Below, piece by piece: positions 14,001-27,900 of a DNA stretch of 64,000 nt. Numbering within the stretch: position 1 is the stretch's first letter; the number at the start of each line of letters is the position of its first letter. Where the stretch lies: positions 18,848,001 to 18,912,000 of the forward strand of contig OZ365113.1 of NCBI GenBank assembly GCA_977030845.1, given 5' to 3'. Origin of the DNA: Fimbriosthenelais zetlandica (taxonomy: Eukaryota). Made by a program: the position numbers and the translations under genes. The notes beneath the pieces are model-generated. The model made no database searches and was not told the DNA's origin. It worked only from the letters and a program-made list of their open reading frames with translations.

Positions 14001-17000
14001 ATGAATCTTAGTTTTGCAGAGGCTGCAAAATGACTTTGATAGATCTAATTCTCTCATCAGTGACATGCGAGGATAAGGATATTGTGTGGTCTGCTTTTCT
14101 TTCATACCTTGTCTAAGGGTACTGTTGGAGAGCTTGGCCAAGTTCATCTGTGGACACATCAATGTCAAAGTCTTGGCAACACCCACTTGCCATAGATAAT
14201 TCTCTTAAATGACTGTGCCTCGGGCTCAATTCTGCCTAGAAAAAGAGGTTGCTCTACCTTAATTTTGAGCGACAATTACTGGGATGCTACGTCTACGTGT
14301 ACATGACATTGTGGGACAGCCTGCAAAAAATAGCAAATTGTTTCATTTAAAACAACATCCATAACAGATCGTTCCATTGGAGAATGGCGGTTCTTGTGAT
14401 CTCATGAGGGATATATATGGTCTCTAATCCTATAAATGATGCTGCAATGCGAGCGACAACAAATGTCTAATGTTATAACAAATTTAATCAGATGAATGGT
14501 CAAGCGATTAAATTACAATTTAATCTGGTGAATAGCAGTATCATGAAGTATTCAATGGTGTATTTCGACTGAAAGTTTTTTTTTCTCAGTACAACCGGCA
14601 CCTTTAATTGATAAAGTGGATGAATACTTTCCCTCATGCTCATTGTCAAATGTCATGGGAATTAGCCATTAGCCTTGGCGGTAATGAGCACTTCTCCATT
14701 TTATTATTAGCCCAAACCCAGATCTTGACCTGCCATGAAACGAATCCTGGCACTACATTGAAGAGAACCTAGAATTGAAATGCACTACTGGAGGACAAGG
14801 AATTTGAAATCTTATTTTGAACACTTGAAGACTTTAGTGTTGCAAAACACCATGCAATTTGTAAAGTGCAGAAATGACATCCACTGTATCTAATGAAGGT
14901 TCTGTGGGGTCTCACCTCCTGGCCACCGGCTAGGAATTCTGTTTACCTCTTAGTGCTTTCCGTCTACACTGGGTGTCTAACACGACCATTCTAATCATTG
15001 CATCCAAGATATGATCTCCATGTCTATCTCTAATCAAGTAACTGTTTAATAAATTCAGAGCAGCCCAAATTTGTCTCAGTCTTTGTAAGACTTCCTATGC
15101 TGCCTAAAATGTCTACTAGCTGACATGAAACTATTGGCAAAACCTAAAGGATGGTTTTAATACTTTAGGAGGTAAAGACATCTTGAGGCATTTTCTGTCC
15201 GAACTAACTAAATAAAACATATACTTTTACCTACTTTTGAGATTGCCATGTACAAAAGAAAGTTTGAATCTTCCCTACGCCTTAATAAGGCTTATTTGTG
15301 TAATTTGCTTTCAAATTAAACAAGAGATAATGTGACTTTTTCCGAAGGTCAAGTTTGAAAGAAAGTACTAAAAGGACTACAAAAGCAATTCTCAAAAAAG
15401 CCAGATTACACCTATCCTAGTTTAAATTGAAATCTGGAAGGTCGAAAGAAAAAGCCTTCTCTCTGTTCCCGTGTGTCGAAATGTTCCCCAGAACCGTTGT
15501 GATATTTGTATTTTATGACAATATTTTTCATTTTTGGTGGGCAAAGACTTCTGAATCTGCCCCGGTTCTGTTGGTTCCCCTGGCTCATTGTCTTTGTCCA
15601 TTGGCCTGTGGGTCATTCGTCATGCAACGCCCTACCTCCACCATTCCTCAAGAGGCCATAGACCCTGATAAAAGATAAAAGGCTATGGATTTTCTCTCTG
15701 AACTAAATGGAAGGAGCCTTTGTGTATTGCCCTAATGAAAATATGATGAAATGGAAAGCTGGCCAAATTTAGCAAGAGGTCAAAAACTTTTTTCTTCTTC
15801 ATTAACAATGGGTCAATGGGATTGATCTGAGTTTTTGAACTGTCAAAAGGAGTTGTTGAAAGCCTTCCTTTTTCTTATGCCAAAACAAAGCAAAGCAAGA
15901 AAAAACAAAAGTCCAAAGATGTCCCGGGGGAGAAAATAATCGTTTGGAAACATGTTCTTCAGCAACCATATGGTAATATTATTAATTAACTAGGCGGTTG
16001 ACCTTTTTACCTGACTCTGGTAGCAGTCATGCCTAAATGATATGTTAATTCTCTGTGGCAAATTTTATGAAATCCCCCATGTCAACACCACGTCTCAATA
16101 AGGGAAGCCACAGCCTGACATCCTGAGTGCCTGGATTTGATATATAGGGCCAACATGACAGTTCATTTGGGAGGACACGGAACTCAGCGCTTAATGAGAT
16201 ATTGAAAACATTTTGATGACATTTTCTTCAAGATTAGTGAATAAGTATTGATTTTATCTTCTCTTGTGTAATAATGTGATTCATAGTTCTTCTTCTTGTT
16301 GGGAAAATAATATTAAGTCCCATTTCAATTCATATATAGCTGAATTATAGCTGCTAGTTTAGTAATCTATACAAAGTATCTGTACTTACATATCATGACC
16401 CATACTTCTTCAGTTATTCTTAGAGGAAGCTAGGTTCTCATCGAGTCTATGTACTCTTGCTATTCATTCTCTGTGCATTCTCGAGTCATGAAGCGACCGA
16501 AGTGGCTGCCTTTGTCATTTCAAGTCCAGCCCTTGAAACCTGTCAGTTCTTGATGGCCCTCCCAACTCCCCATTTACTTTTTACCAGGACGAAATTAAGG
16601 ACGCATTAATGAGTGAAATTAATGTCAAAAGGGAGTAATGCCGATTAGAAACTGTAACTTCCTAGCTTCAGTCCCTGCAGAAGCAGTTTGCTTTTGCCAG
16701 ACCAACCGTTACGAGTGTGTGATATTCTTCCTAATAATGTACTTGAGAATGAAGAGTTGGGTTATATGGTATACCCGTACATGATATGAAGAGCTGAAGC
16801 AGTGATGATTATGTTGTTTAATTAAAAGCAAAAAGGACCTCCAAAATAGAGCATCCTAATCCAAAGAAGGACCCATCTCTATAGGGTGAACTGTTGTCAC
16901 TCGGCCCTTTTCATAGCAAAGTCATATCGGAAATGCGAATATGATTGGAATCTTGTAATATAGACAGATCTGACAGTGATTTTTGTTATGAAGTCACGCA

Positions 17001-18196
17001 CTATTCAGGGCACATTATCATCTCTCATTACTCCTGTAGCTAGCAGGGCATGATTGTGTGGTACCATCTCAGCCACGGTGAGATTATGAGACAATGGAAA
17101 CCTTGGATTGATGGCAGAAAAGCCAGGAATGGATTCCTTGTCTTCAAGCCACCCAGCAAATACCATTTGTTAATGGGCCAGCGTGCGATGACGATACAAT
17201 TAGCAGAAAATAAGTCGTCATTACTCGCTGTGAATATGGACCTGGCTATTGCAGCCATTCACGAGGCAAGATTTGGAGAGTTTACACAGAACCACACACT
17301 GTTATCGTCGCTAATCATCTCTTTTTCTTGCAGAAGTCCAAATATATTCAAAAATTCAAGTACAATATAAGCTTTCTTGTCTAAGTTAGTGACATCAATT
17401 CTGATTGTATATATCTGTGGATGACAGCAATAAGGAAGAAGGCGAATCATGGCCAAAGTAGTCCATGCTGTAAAGGATATATAGGAACCTCTCTATCTCC
17501 TCCTATCCAACAGAAAGTCTGAGGAATGACACTTTAACTTTTTATGGAACAAACGGTGGTGAAGAGCGTCGGTAATGGAACATGGGACAGGCTGTGAAAT
17601 TGGCCCTTGGGTGTGAAAGACGTGTCGTTGTGTTCCCCCTTCTAAGCCATGATTGCCCTTTTAAAAGGTCGAGCTGTTAAACATATTTTATCCGACACAT
17701 TCTTTGGAATCCAAGAAAACTGTTTAAAAACCTGACCTGCAGGACCTAAGATTTCAGAATAAGAGTATTCATTGGGGCATCCCACTCTCTGGCTTTAGTC
17801 GATGGAATAATGGCTTAGAAACCAAAACGAAATTGAAGAACGGCAATATGTGTCAGCTTTAGACACTTCAGGCAGTATGTGTCAGGTTCATGAATACACA
17901 AAAGAAATTCGGTGGTCGCTTCTGTGTAAATTAGATGATGATATATGCAGACTTATGAAAAAAGTGATATATTGTTGATGTTAAGGAGCAATACTCTTCA
18001 GATGCATTTGATATTGGTAAAAGGAGAGCATATGAAATTGTTATGTATTCAGCAGAAATATTGAACCATGAACAATCAAATTATGGAGATGACATACCAC
18101 CGATTACTGTCGATATAATATGGACGTGGATCTTCTTTCATCAACTTAGCAATTTTAAGATTGGTCCAAATTGATGGGAAATTGATGGGGTATTCA

Positions 18197-18357
18197 CCAG
18201 GAAAATATGATGTTCATGCATTATTTAAGTATGGATATTGCAAACCCATCAGCATGAGTACCTCTATGGAAATTACATTTACAAGGGTATACATACATTT
18301 TAACAGCCCTTGTGCTATACGTATCAAGTTGAACAATCCATCATCATATTTTCCTGG
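18197..18357. repeat. 16 bp perfect inverted repeat pair about 130 bp apart
   Basis: CCAGGAAAATATGATG (18197-18212) and CATCATATTTTCCTGG (18342-18357); extends with TGTTCA/TGAACA across a small indel. Confidence 0.6.
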
Positions 18358-21300
18358 CATTGATAGCCGGATTGCTAGTAACACTAGAGGAGACTCTGAG
18401 AGAATTTAAAACCTGCCCTACATTGAAAGGTACTTCTTCTCTTTATAAATACTTCTACAAACGAAATGCAGTCAAGAAAAAGAAGAAAGAGCGAGACCAA
18501 GCTGATGGAATAATAACATCTGAAGGCATATACAGGTGAAAGATAAAAAGGTATTTTGTTCACTGTGATGTCCTCTCAGTCTCCTGTTCTTCTCTGTCTG
18601 TATTATTGGACTGGCTACCAAAGACAGCCTAGATGTGTGAATGCCAAGGGTGAAATGTCTGTACGGTAGACGAGCTTATTAAAAGACGCTAACACTGGAT
18701 GAAGCTCCAGTACTGCTCTTCATCACTGACACTTTTTAGTCACCACTACTTTCTGGTGTGACGCATTCGCTACTTCTTTTGAAGAATGTTTAAAGTAAAT
18801 GGTTAGAGAATTGGACTGAAATTTGTTTATGGACTTCAGCATTCAATTGAATTGTGTGCATCATATATGATGAATTGAAAAACGTGAGTTGGTTCTTTTG
18901 ACAGTAGTCACCCTTCGGGGCCTGTTTTATGCCAGAGCTGTGCTTCAATTGCCCATGTTAAGTCTATAGGCTGTATATTATTCTCCATCTTCTTCTGGGA
19001 CAGACCCCTGAGCGAGCGGGACCATTGGCTGGACGTGCTCAGTATAGTCATGAAACTGGGCATGACACATTGTCCATTGGTGTGTAAATATAAATATCCC
19101 CTAAATACTACCTGGCTGAAAGTTGCTCGCCAAACTGGCTTTTGAACCTTACAAAGATGTTCAGAGTGATGTCGTTATCTCATGATGGGCGATGTGACAA
19201 AATAACGATAATGGAAGCAATATCCGTCCTCATCTCTGCAGCATCATTCATCGCTCACGAACCTGTTATCATGCAATGTTGAAAGCATTACACAGAGGTC
19301 ATGGACAACATTCCAAAGAAGTCAAGCATATTTCGGGGAAACTGAGTAATTGAAAGCTTTATTTCACAGAAAGATATATGAAAGCATTTTAAGGTCATAC
19401 AAATTGTGTTACCTACATGCAGGAAATTGAAGAAGAATCGCTATTTCAGGCACGCAGTTCATTGGGACTGTCAATATACAGTCTGTTTGACATTAATTTA
19501 TTGACATACTCAGTAATGCTTATTTATTGTTACTCAGTAATTTCTCAAGCTTTCTATTCTTCTATTATACCTCCACCCGCCAACCCGGCCACCACCTGAG
19601 ATAAAGCCTCTGTGTTAATCACTGGTATCTTCTTCAATGTTTAGTTCTTCGACTTAATCCCTCATAATAACTTGCAAGCGGGAGTCGCTCAGAAACGCAT
19701 AATGATGAGTGTCGTACTCGGTTAATGGAAAAATACAAAGCCTGATGAGAAATGATGTTAGTCTGTGACAGACATAGGTTTTATTACATGGACCCCGTCG
19801 ACCCAAGGGATAAAAATATTAATCATTCTTGCGTGGGTGGATGTTACTTAATCATGACATCTTTAGAAAATAATCTCCCAAGGATGTATTATCACCATCT
19901 ATATCAGCCAGGATTACAAAGCCCTTCATGGAGGAAAAGACGATGACACTTCCTTACATGGAATCTTTAATAATGAAGTGTTCATAACGGATGTAATATA
20001 TGGAGCATCCCCCACATTTATGATGTGACCCATTCATCACTGCTCTGTTTCACATACTCAATTAGTTCTTTAATATATGGCTCTTATCTCAGCTTCACAG
20101 CACATGTCACTAAAGGCGTTGGTTGGGAAGAAACTTCATACCATCTGTGGTAAGAGTGACAGTTACTTTTAGCAACATGAAAATTTTAAATTGTATCCAT
20201 TACATTTTAATAGATATATACATAATATATTATACTGTATATAACAACTTGGCTTGGTACACCATTCCCAAGACGCGGTTCCGCGGGTGGTATATTGTTG
20301 ACCAAAATCACATGTGAAATATGCACTTCTCATATAACCTCGCTTCTGCTTGGTTGACGTATCTTGCCTCAACCAATCAGAGACGTCCTACTCTAACCAC
20401 TTCGGCTATGGACGGGAGGAAGCGGGGATTGTGAGAAGCGAGGGAATATTAAGGGACTATTTCATCATGTTTTGAGGTAAAAGTTGTGATATAACGAATC
20501 ATGACAATGAACTGTACATGTGCGTTTATGAAACGATGATGGAATTTATGTGCCCCTATACCATCCCTTTTAAGATCAACATCTCATGATGACTTTTTTC
20601 TTTCTATTAAACAATTTTGACATCAAATATTCTGAACCCTTTGTCATATAAACTGAATCAAGCGCAGTTTAAACATGAAAGAAACACCCACTTAGGGAAA
20701 AGCTCTGATGATTTTGACCAGTTGTGGGATCCATCAATACACGTGCTGGGTAGAAAGTGTCCTCTCTGCCGTTAAGAGGCCATTAGCAATTGATGCAGGC
20801 TGTGCCCCTCTTCCATGAAGCTAAATATGGGAATAGCGTGAGCGATATCTAAAGCCTTGATGACATATTTCATATGTTCTCTTCGCAATGGCAGCATCCC
20901 AGGCCACATATACCCCCTGCCCAATTATCAAGAACCGATAACGTATACTCGTTTGATTCACGTCTGCATAATTTACATCAAACACACTTTCATCCCTGGG
21001 GGCCTGATCTGGCTAATCCCGAGATGAAAAAAGCCGAATCAATCCGTTGGTAGTCGTGACTTGTAGGTCTTGACTGTGTGATGCCTAGGCATGGGGAAAT
21101 TTCATTCACCCTCCTCGGTCCATGGAGGCGCCACCCACATTTTGCCTATACCATTACAGCCTGTATGAAGAATTCCACCTAAGCATCTCTCCTGGTAAAC
21201 ACTGTTCTCTTTGGCCTTGAAGAAACAAAGGCCAGCGCAATAAAACCAGGAGCTAATGAGGCCATATGGATTGTTTCTGCTATATGTTCCAGAAAATAAA

Positions 21301-21578
21301 AAGTAAACCATAGGTTTGCCTAATTAGCACTTCACCCAATCCCCTTCCTTCTACAAGTATAAATTATACCTAAAAGTATGAAGAAAATTTTCTTTCAACT
21401 GCATATTTCACCATGCAACTTCACACGTTTGCTTATCATGGTGTTACATGAACAGACAATTTGAGATAAAGTATATTAGAAGTTGCAATGCTGTTAAGAT
21501 ATGTTTTAGGAATGAATAAAAACAGCTCATGGATATCTCAATAATAAAAACATGATCTCTTTTTAAACCATCGATCTG

Positions 21579-21592
21579 GTTGCTATGACAAC
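21579..21592. promoter_or_regulatory. RFX X-box-like motif
   Basis: GTTGCTATGACAAC is a 14 bp X-box form. It is isolated and function is not shown. Confidence 0.3.
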
Positions 21593-24500
21593 GCATAGGC
21601 TTCTGGAGTATTAAAATAGACAATATTGACAGGATTGCCCTGAGGCATTGTTAGTTGCTGGTTTCCATGTCTGAATTTATTTTGGAGGAAAAGTGGGAAA
21701 ACCGTCATTTTGCCATCAGCTGCACTGAACATTCTGGAGGAATCCTCTCCAATCTTTCCCAAATATTTTTCCTTGGAACATTTGTAGGGTAATTTGCTTT
21801 ACATTTAACGCTGCCGCAAAACAAATTGATTGAATATGTACCTAGGAAGAAGAAATTCCTTTTTGTAGATTTAAAATTGGGGGGAGAGAATTTGCCCACT
21901 ATTTTCTGAAGCTTTATCCCCGACATGATTATATGTATGCTTAAGTAAACCATCTGGGAGAAATTTCTTGGCCATTGCCTCGATCTAATTGGATTGGAAC
22001 ACCTATATATTTGCAAGAAGGATTGATCCTGACCCTTCACTGGGGCAATATTTGGCAATAAACCAGTTCACAAGAGGTTTAACAGTTCTTGTTATGTTTA
22101 AATGAGAGAGGAGTAGGCGTCTCCTGAGGGAGCGATGACGTGCAAAGCTATCGGTCCATACATCGATCAAATCCACCTCGTTGGCACCAGACTGCGGTGT
22201 GGAGCATATATCTATTTACGACACAGGAACATCTAAGGTATTCTCTCTCACCCTGTATGCCGGGTCGATGACTTTCAAAACAAGGAAAAGCTTAAAAAAA
22301 GTATGAGGTATAGTGACTGTCCAAGGAGGGCTTTAAATAGTAATACGAGATTGGATAGGGTCATGATGAAGTCCAAATATCGACCCATATACCAAGAGGC
22401 TTTATATTGGTATGTCTTATCACCAAGGGAATAAGCTTCATGGGCAGTCTGTACTATTTAATTATTTATCAATGTGGACCTACAGGGATCTAATCACCTT
22501 TTCATTGCTATCATGAGCTAAACACCTTCCGAGCTTATGCTTTGAAATAACTTTAATAGTAGGCTACAATATACTCCCAGTGTAGCGGTATATTCTGAAC
22601 AACCGTATTGAGCGTGTTAATTGAAATTCATGTGAAATCCCCGCCAAATAATGGATGGTTTTGTATCTAATCCACTGCTGTCTATATACACAGGGAATTC
22701 CCAGTCCCTTAAAGGGGCATAACTCTAACAGGTCCAGGCCGGATATTTACAGGTTTGAGGTGTGGGGTGTAACTTTACACCCATTTCTGACTGTTCCTCA
22801 TCGAGAGAAGTGATACATAAATATGATGTCAACACACCCAAACATTAAGTCTGCAAATGGCCGCGAGAAGAGGGAGATCTCGTGATCACGTGGATGATGA
22901 CGTAGTTGCACACGCGACACTTAACGAGTGCTGACAATGCTATTAGCGCCTCCTCTGATCCTGCTTTTTGCCCAGAACAGCTAATGAAATCATGGAAACA
23001 ATGACCAACATGAGGGGGAGGAAACATAAATCTCTGCCGTTGAAAAACATTTTGTTTGTGGCGTTGATAGTATTGGTTTAGTCATGGTTATCATCGACTG
23101 ATTACACCAATCCATTACGATGAAATGTCTAAAAACGGAAAAGGGCTTTTTCACACAGTAGCCTAACTTCTGACAATGTTTAGTCTCTGAGTTGGGGGAA
23201 ATGTTTTATTTGCATGGTACGTATTTAGAATGAATATATGACAGATCAGGACCGAACTTTCTGGAATAATTAATTGGGGCCTTTGTATGAGTAAAATATA
23301 ATAATTCGATATCTAAAATGATCAAAAAGCCCATGAGTCCAAGGCAATGGACTACATGATGTGTCATCATGAAAGGTGCCATTCATGAACATGTCATCAG
23401 CTTCCATTGCGGTATGCAATCGGGTTTCGAAGAACTAGGTGTGCAGCTATTGATTAGGGATATTAAAAGTGTGCCTCGGCCATCGTTACCCGGCTTGGCC
23501 TTCCTCTCCTCTCAACCTCTGTCAAACCCAGGCAGAAAATCCAATCAGGTGTGTGAACAAGCCCCTAGTCATAAGTATTCCATAGGCACCCTCGCCATCC
23601 CCTCCCACAGAACCCTCACACACAGGTGACCATCGTGGAGGACTGCAGGATGGGACTAATCCAATCATGATCTGAAAAACACAACACAAATTCAATGTAG
23701 GCATGCAGCCTTCATCATTGAGCCAGGCTCAAGGGATTGGGAGACCCAGGTTGAACCCCTTCTCTTTCCAATTCAATAGCAGACTGATAGTTGTTAAGGA
23801 GGGAAAGGGCCATCAGCTCTGAGAGTAGATAAATGGACTAGACTGGGGGAATATATACACATATAAGAATATTCTTTAACTTACAACTAAAGTATCTTTG
23901 AACAGAGTACACTACGGATGGAACCTTTTGCATATATCTCTAGAAAGCGAGGGAAAACGGTTTCAAAGGGCACTTTAGACACTATATAAATTATGTGGTC
24001 CTTGACAAAAATTTACATGTTGCAGTTCCTTTGAGGCAAACATAAAAAGTCTTCCAATCTCTGCAAGAAGAATCAGTAGACCTACAAATTGAATTCACTA
24101 TTCAGATCAGATTTCATCACATCAGATTTCAAAAGTACACAAATTTAGATTTTACTTGGTGCATATTTTGTTGCCAGTTGCTTGGTAGTTTGGTTGAACA
24201 AATTGCTATTTCATTCGTCCAAATATCAGATTCATGTCGACCAAACTGATGTTAATTTATGGATTTTGGTGTTCCAGTGCATGCTCTGTTTAAAAAAGCT
24301 CTGGTACTTGGAGGCAGAGAATTAAATGCACCACTATGCCAGGGCCCAGGACATTGGTTGATGCCAAGGAGAGCTGTGTCTGTGGCAGGCCACCATCCAA
24401 GTGGGCACCGTTCACTGATAGCCAGAGTTTGTGGTTGTTCAAAGCTCAAAGAAAGCCCCTCGCCACCAATCCAATAACTGCTCAAGTGGGAGTAAGCCTG

Positions 24501-24693
24501 GGACAAGTACAAACTACCGCTTAGAGCGAAGTTAAGCTGCCCCCTAAATGATTTGAGGTTGGCTCGTTTTTTTTTTATCGCCGCAGCATGTTCATCAAAG
24601 TGTTAACATTAAATATTCATGTATGTGAATCAAAGTCCAGAGAATGGCGGGGAATCAATGTTTGGATGGATGGGTACACTGTGTTGTGGCTAT

Positions 24694-24917
24694 GAAAAAA
24701 GGGGGAAGTGATGCAGGGAGAGATAAAGGGAATGGGAAGAAAGGCAGAAAACTATAATTGTGATGGATGGGACGGAGGAGAGGAAAGGGTCAGGGAAATA
24801 TGAAAGTTGAGGAGAGGAAGCCGGAGGAAGAAGTGGAAAGATAAAAGGGAAAGATGTTGGAATAGGCAGGAAAAGGCGGGCGGGGAAAATGCTTGTGGGA
24901 AATAAAACAGGAACAGG
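24694..24917 (+). repeat. Purine-rich (G/A) low-complexity tract
   Basis: About 220 nt of mostly G and A on the + strand (gggaagaaaggcagaaa...gaggagaggaaaggg...ggaggaagaagtggaaag). Confidence 0.7.
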
Positions 24918-27900
24918 TATTTAGTTACGAGGGTGACTATAGGGTACGTATTTAGGCGAAAAGTGCAGAAATGAAAGCTAAAAATTGTGTAACTTGGTCA
25001 TTTATCTAGAAAACCTTGAAGGAATGGAAGGACAATTAAATGAGAGAAGATGAAAAGGATAACATCGATTAATATTACACAGGTGATGGAAGGGAAAGTG
25101 AGATAGACAGGCAGATTGTCAGACAGAGAGTATAAGACAGACAGACAGTATGCTGATGAGTAGCCTACTGATGGCCCAGGAGTCGATCCTTCGAGCCAGT
25201 GAGGTAACAAAGCCGCAGGGGGAGGACAAAGGCTTGGCAAGCCTGAATGTCCCCTTCTTTGTTTGAAGTGTTTGAGATAAAGCCCCTTTTAATTACATGT
25301 TATGAGCATTCCAGGCTTCAGTAAACATCTGTGTATGACCATTGATCGGCAAGACTGTCAGGTCCAATCAAGCAATGTTTGATGACCGAGTCAGGTCTTG
25401 GGCCCCAATAAGCTATCAGACCACACTCAAGACTTCATAACTCAATTTGTCGTACACAATTATTATTCACATTCATTCTAATATTGATGGCACTAATGAC
25501 ATTGCTACGTTCCTCATAACTATGAAACAAAAAATCAGTTAATACCAATACTGATTTTTCAGTGGGTCAAATTAGGTTGATGATTATGAAGTAATGGGAC
25601 CATTTTTATGCCCAATTACATGCTTTTGATTTGTACAGGTTTTAATACTTGCATCAAAATTAAAACTTTACTAGTGTCCAAAGCATGCATTGTTGAAAGG
25701 TCATTAAAAGGTGTAGCCATTTTAGGTCAACTTTTTCAGTGTTTTGTTTGGAGAAAAGTGTCATTTGTGCATCCTCCAACCTCCTTTAACAGCTGGATAA
25801 TTAATTCACTTAATACTTCTTAGAATAATGCCATATGACTATATGCTTAATGAATACTTGTTTCCAGTAACCTGAAAGACAAGGAAGATGACATAAAGAT
25901 CACTCTTATACCCATTAAAAAGACACTGGCCTTCTATATGGATCCATTGCAAGGTTATCAGCTTTGCAAGATAAACATATGGATTATCAGACTGCTTATA
26001 GGCCCTACTTCAGTTCGAACTGAAATATATATAGTCTGCCACCACATACAAAAAGTGCCATTATCTCGTCTAATCTCTGCATTAAAGAACAACCATATAC
26101 AGTTTCTGTCAGGTAGCCAAGGTCTAACTAACAAAGGAACTATCAATGATTCGAGGGTATAGAACACAGTAACACCTGTCTTTCTCTTCACCAGGGACAT
26201 AGCACCTGATACCTCTCCAGCCTACAAGGCCGTTACCTTGGTGCCATGACCAGGATTGTGCTGAGAAGGTTAGAGACGTGCAGCTGCTGTATAAATATTA
26301 TAGTGCATTTGGTAAAGTCTTAATCAATACAAAGTAAAGAGCCCACAAAATATCCAGTTTCCTTTCCAGAATTCTAATTTTTAGAATTCTAAGTTAATCT
26401 ATTGCCTAAAAAAGTGAACATATGCCAAAGGTCATTATTTATCTATACATGACAGATAGAATACTATGCAAAAGTCATTTTGTCTATCTGGCTGGTATGA
26501 CCCTGGCCATCCGTGCACTGTAATGGTGACAGTTTGGTTAGCTGATTGAACAAGAAAAATCAAATCATGGAAAATTGACGTCCAGCAGGACTGGCCAATA
26601 GTAATCAGGTTACTGTGAAACCTACGGTGAAACCTAGACATTCAAAATTGACGAGTGGTCTCAGGGAGAAGCAACCTATTTCTATCTCAGGAGGGTGGAG
26701 AAATTTAGTTTACCCACATATATAGCAAATAGGCATGAGGGTGTAAGACGGTTGGGAGCCCCATATGTCATAGTAGATCTTCTATCCTTGGAAAGTAAAC
26801 GTAGCTGGTTTAATGTAAACGGCAACAGTGAATATTATATTTCCAATACCCACCTCAGACTGTTTACAAAGGCAGGTCTTCCAACAACAATGTTACATGC
26901 ATTATAACTTGTAAAATTGGAAATTTGCTTGTTGTACTTAGCTTTCAAAGCCTTGGTAATTAACCATGTTAAGCACCAGTCAGATTGGAATACTTATTAG
27001 AACTGCTGCCAGGGATTCTGTTAAAAGCAGTTTTAACTTAATATCCGGCTTGTTAGTCAAGATGATGGTCTGAAGTAAAAAGAAGCCAGATATAAATACA
27101 ATTACTTGGATAAAGTGATGCAGAAGCAGGATGTGGGATGCGTTTAGCCATGTATGCCTTTTAGGTAACAGAGAATGGAAAGAGCCAAAGAACACATAGA
27201 AAAAAACCTATAACATACTTACATTTATCAGCCGCTGCTATGAACATATCCTTTCATCGTATGACATTCAAGCGTTTTAAATATATGAGATCACATAGTC
27301 CTAAAAATAGGGATCATTTTAATTCGTTTTGCTTAACTGCTCCTCAAACATCTGCCAACTGTACCAAATTTAATTAACAAAAGTCTTTTACTTTTCAATC
27401 GAATACCTGTGACACAAATCCCAGGTTCTCTGTATAGAACCAGCCATTGCAGTGATTGTGTTGTTTGAGCAGGACTTGTGTTGTATAGAGAAGGACTTGG
27501 TGAAAGTAATGCTAATTAATGGAGTGTTAAAGCCCCCTCCTGAAGGTCACATGCACACACATGCACCCGCACATCACCACTGCCTCGTTTCTCCAATTTC
27601 CTGGTCCCCTCTTACGCCCCCTTCCAAATCAAGGTAAAAATAGCGCCTGTGCAGTGCGTGTGAGTAGCTGGCTCTTGCTCACTCCTGCTCACTGACGAGT
27701 TCAGCAGGTACGCTGAGAGCACATCTCACAACAATAGGCGACAGCCACCCCATTCACGCGCTCCGGCAGTCCCTTTATTTTCTCTCATGCCAGGCATGGT
27801 GTTGACGGGCCACCCTCCTTCTAATACAACAATCAGCCCAGGGGAAGAGAAAAAAAGATAGGGCAAAAACTATACATGATTACAGCCTTGCTCGCATGGA

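Noticed and set aside
17835-17990. ALDTSGSM, resembling a vWA MIDAS motif
   Set aside because: Short frame closed by stops, with no supporting splice sites or further vWA features.
19700-19770. ATGATGA...CTGA, resembling a C/D snoRNA
   Set aside because: Boxes are too close together, with no terminal stem and no identifiable guide.
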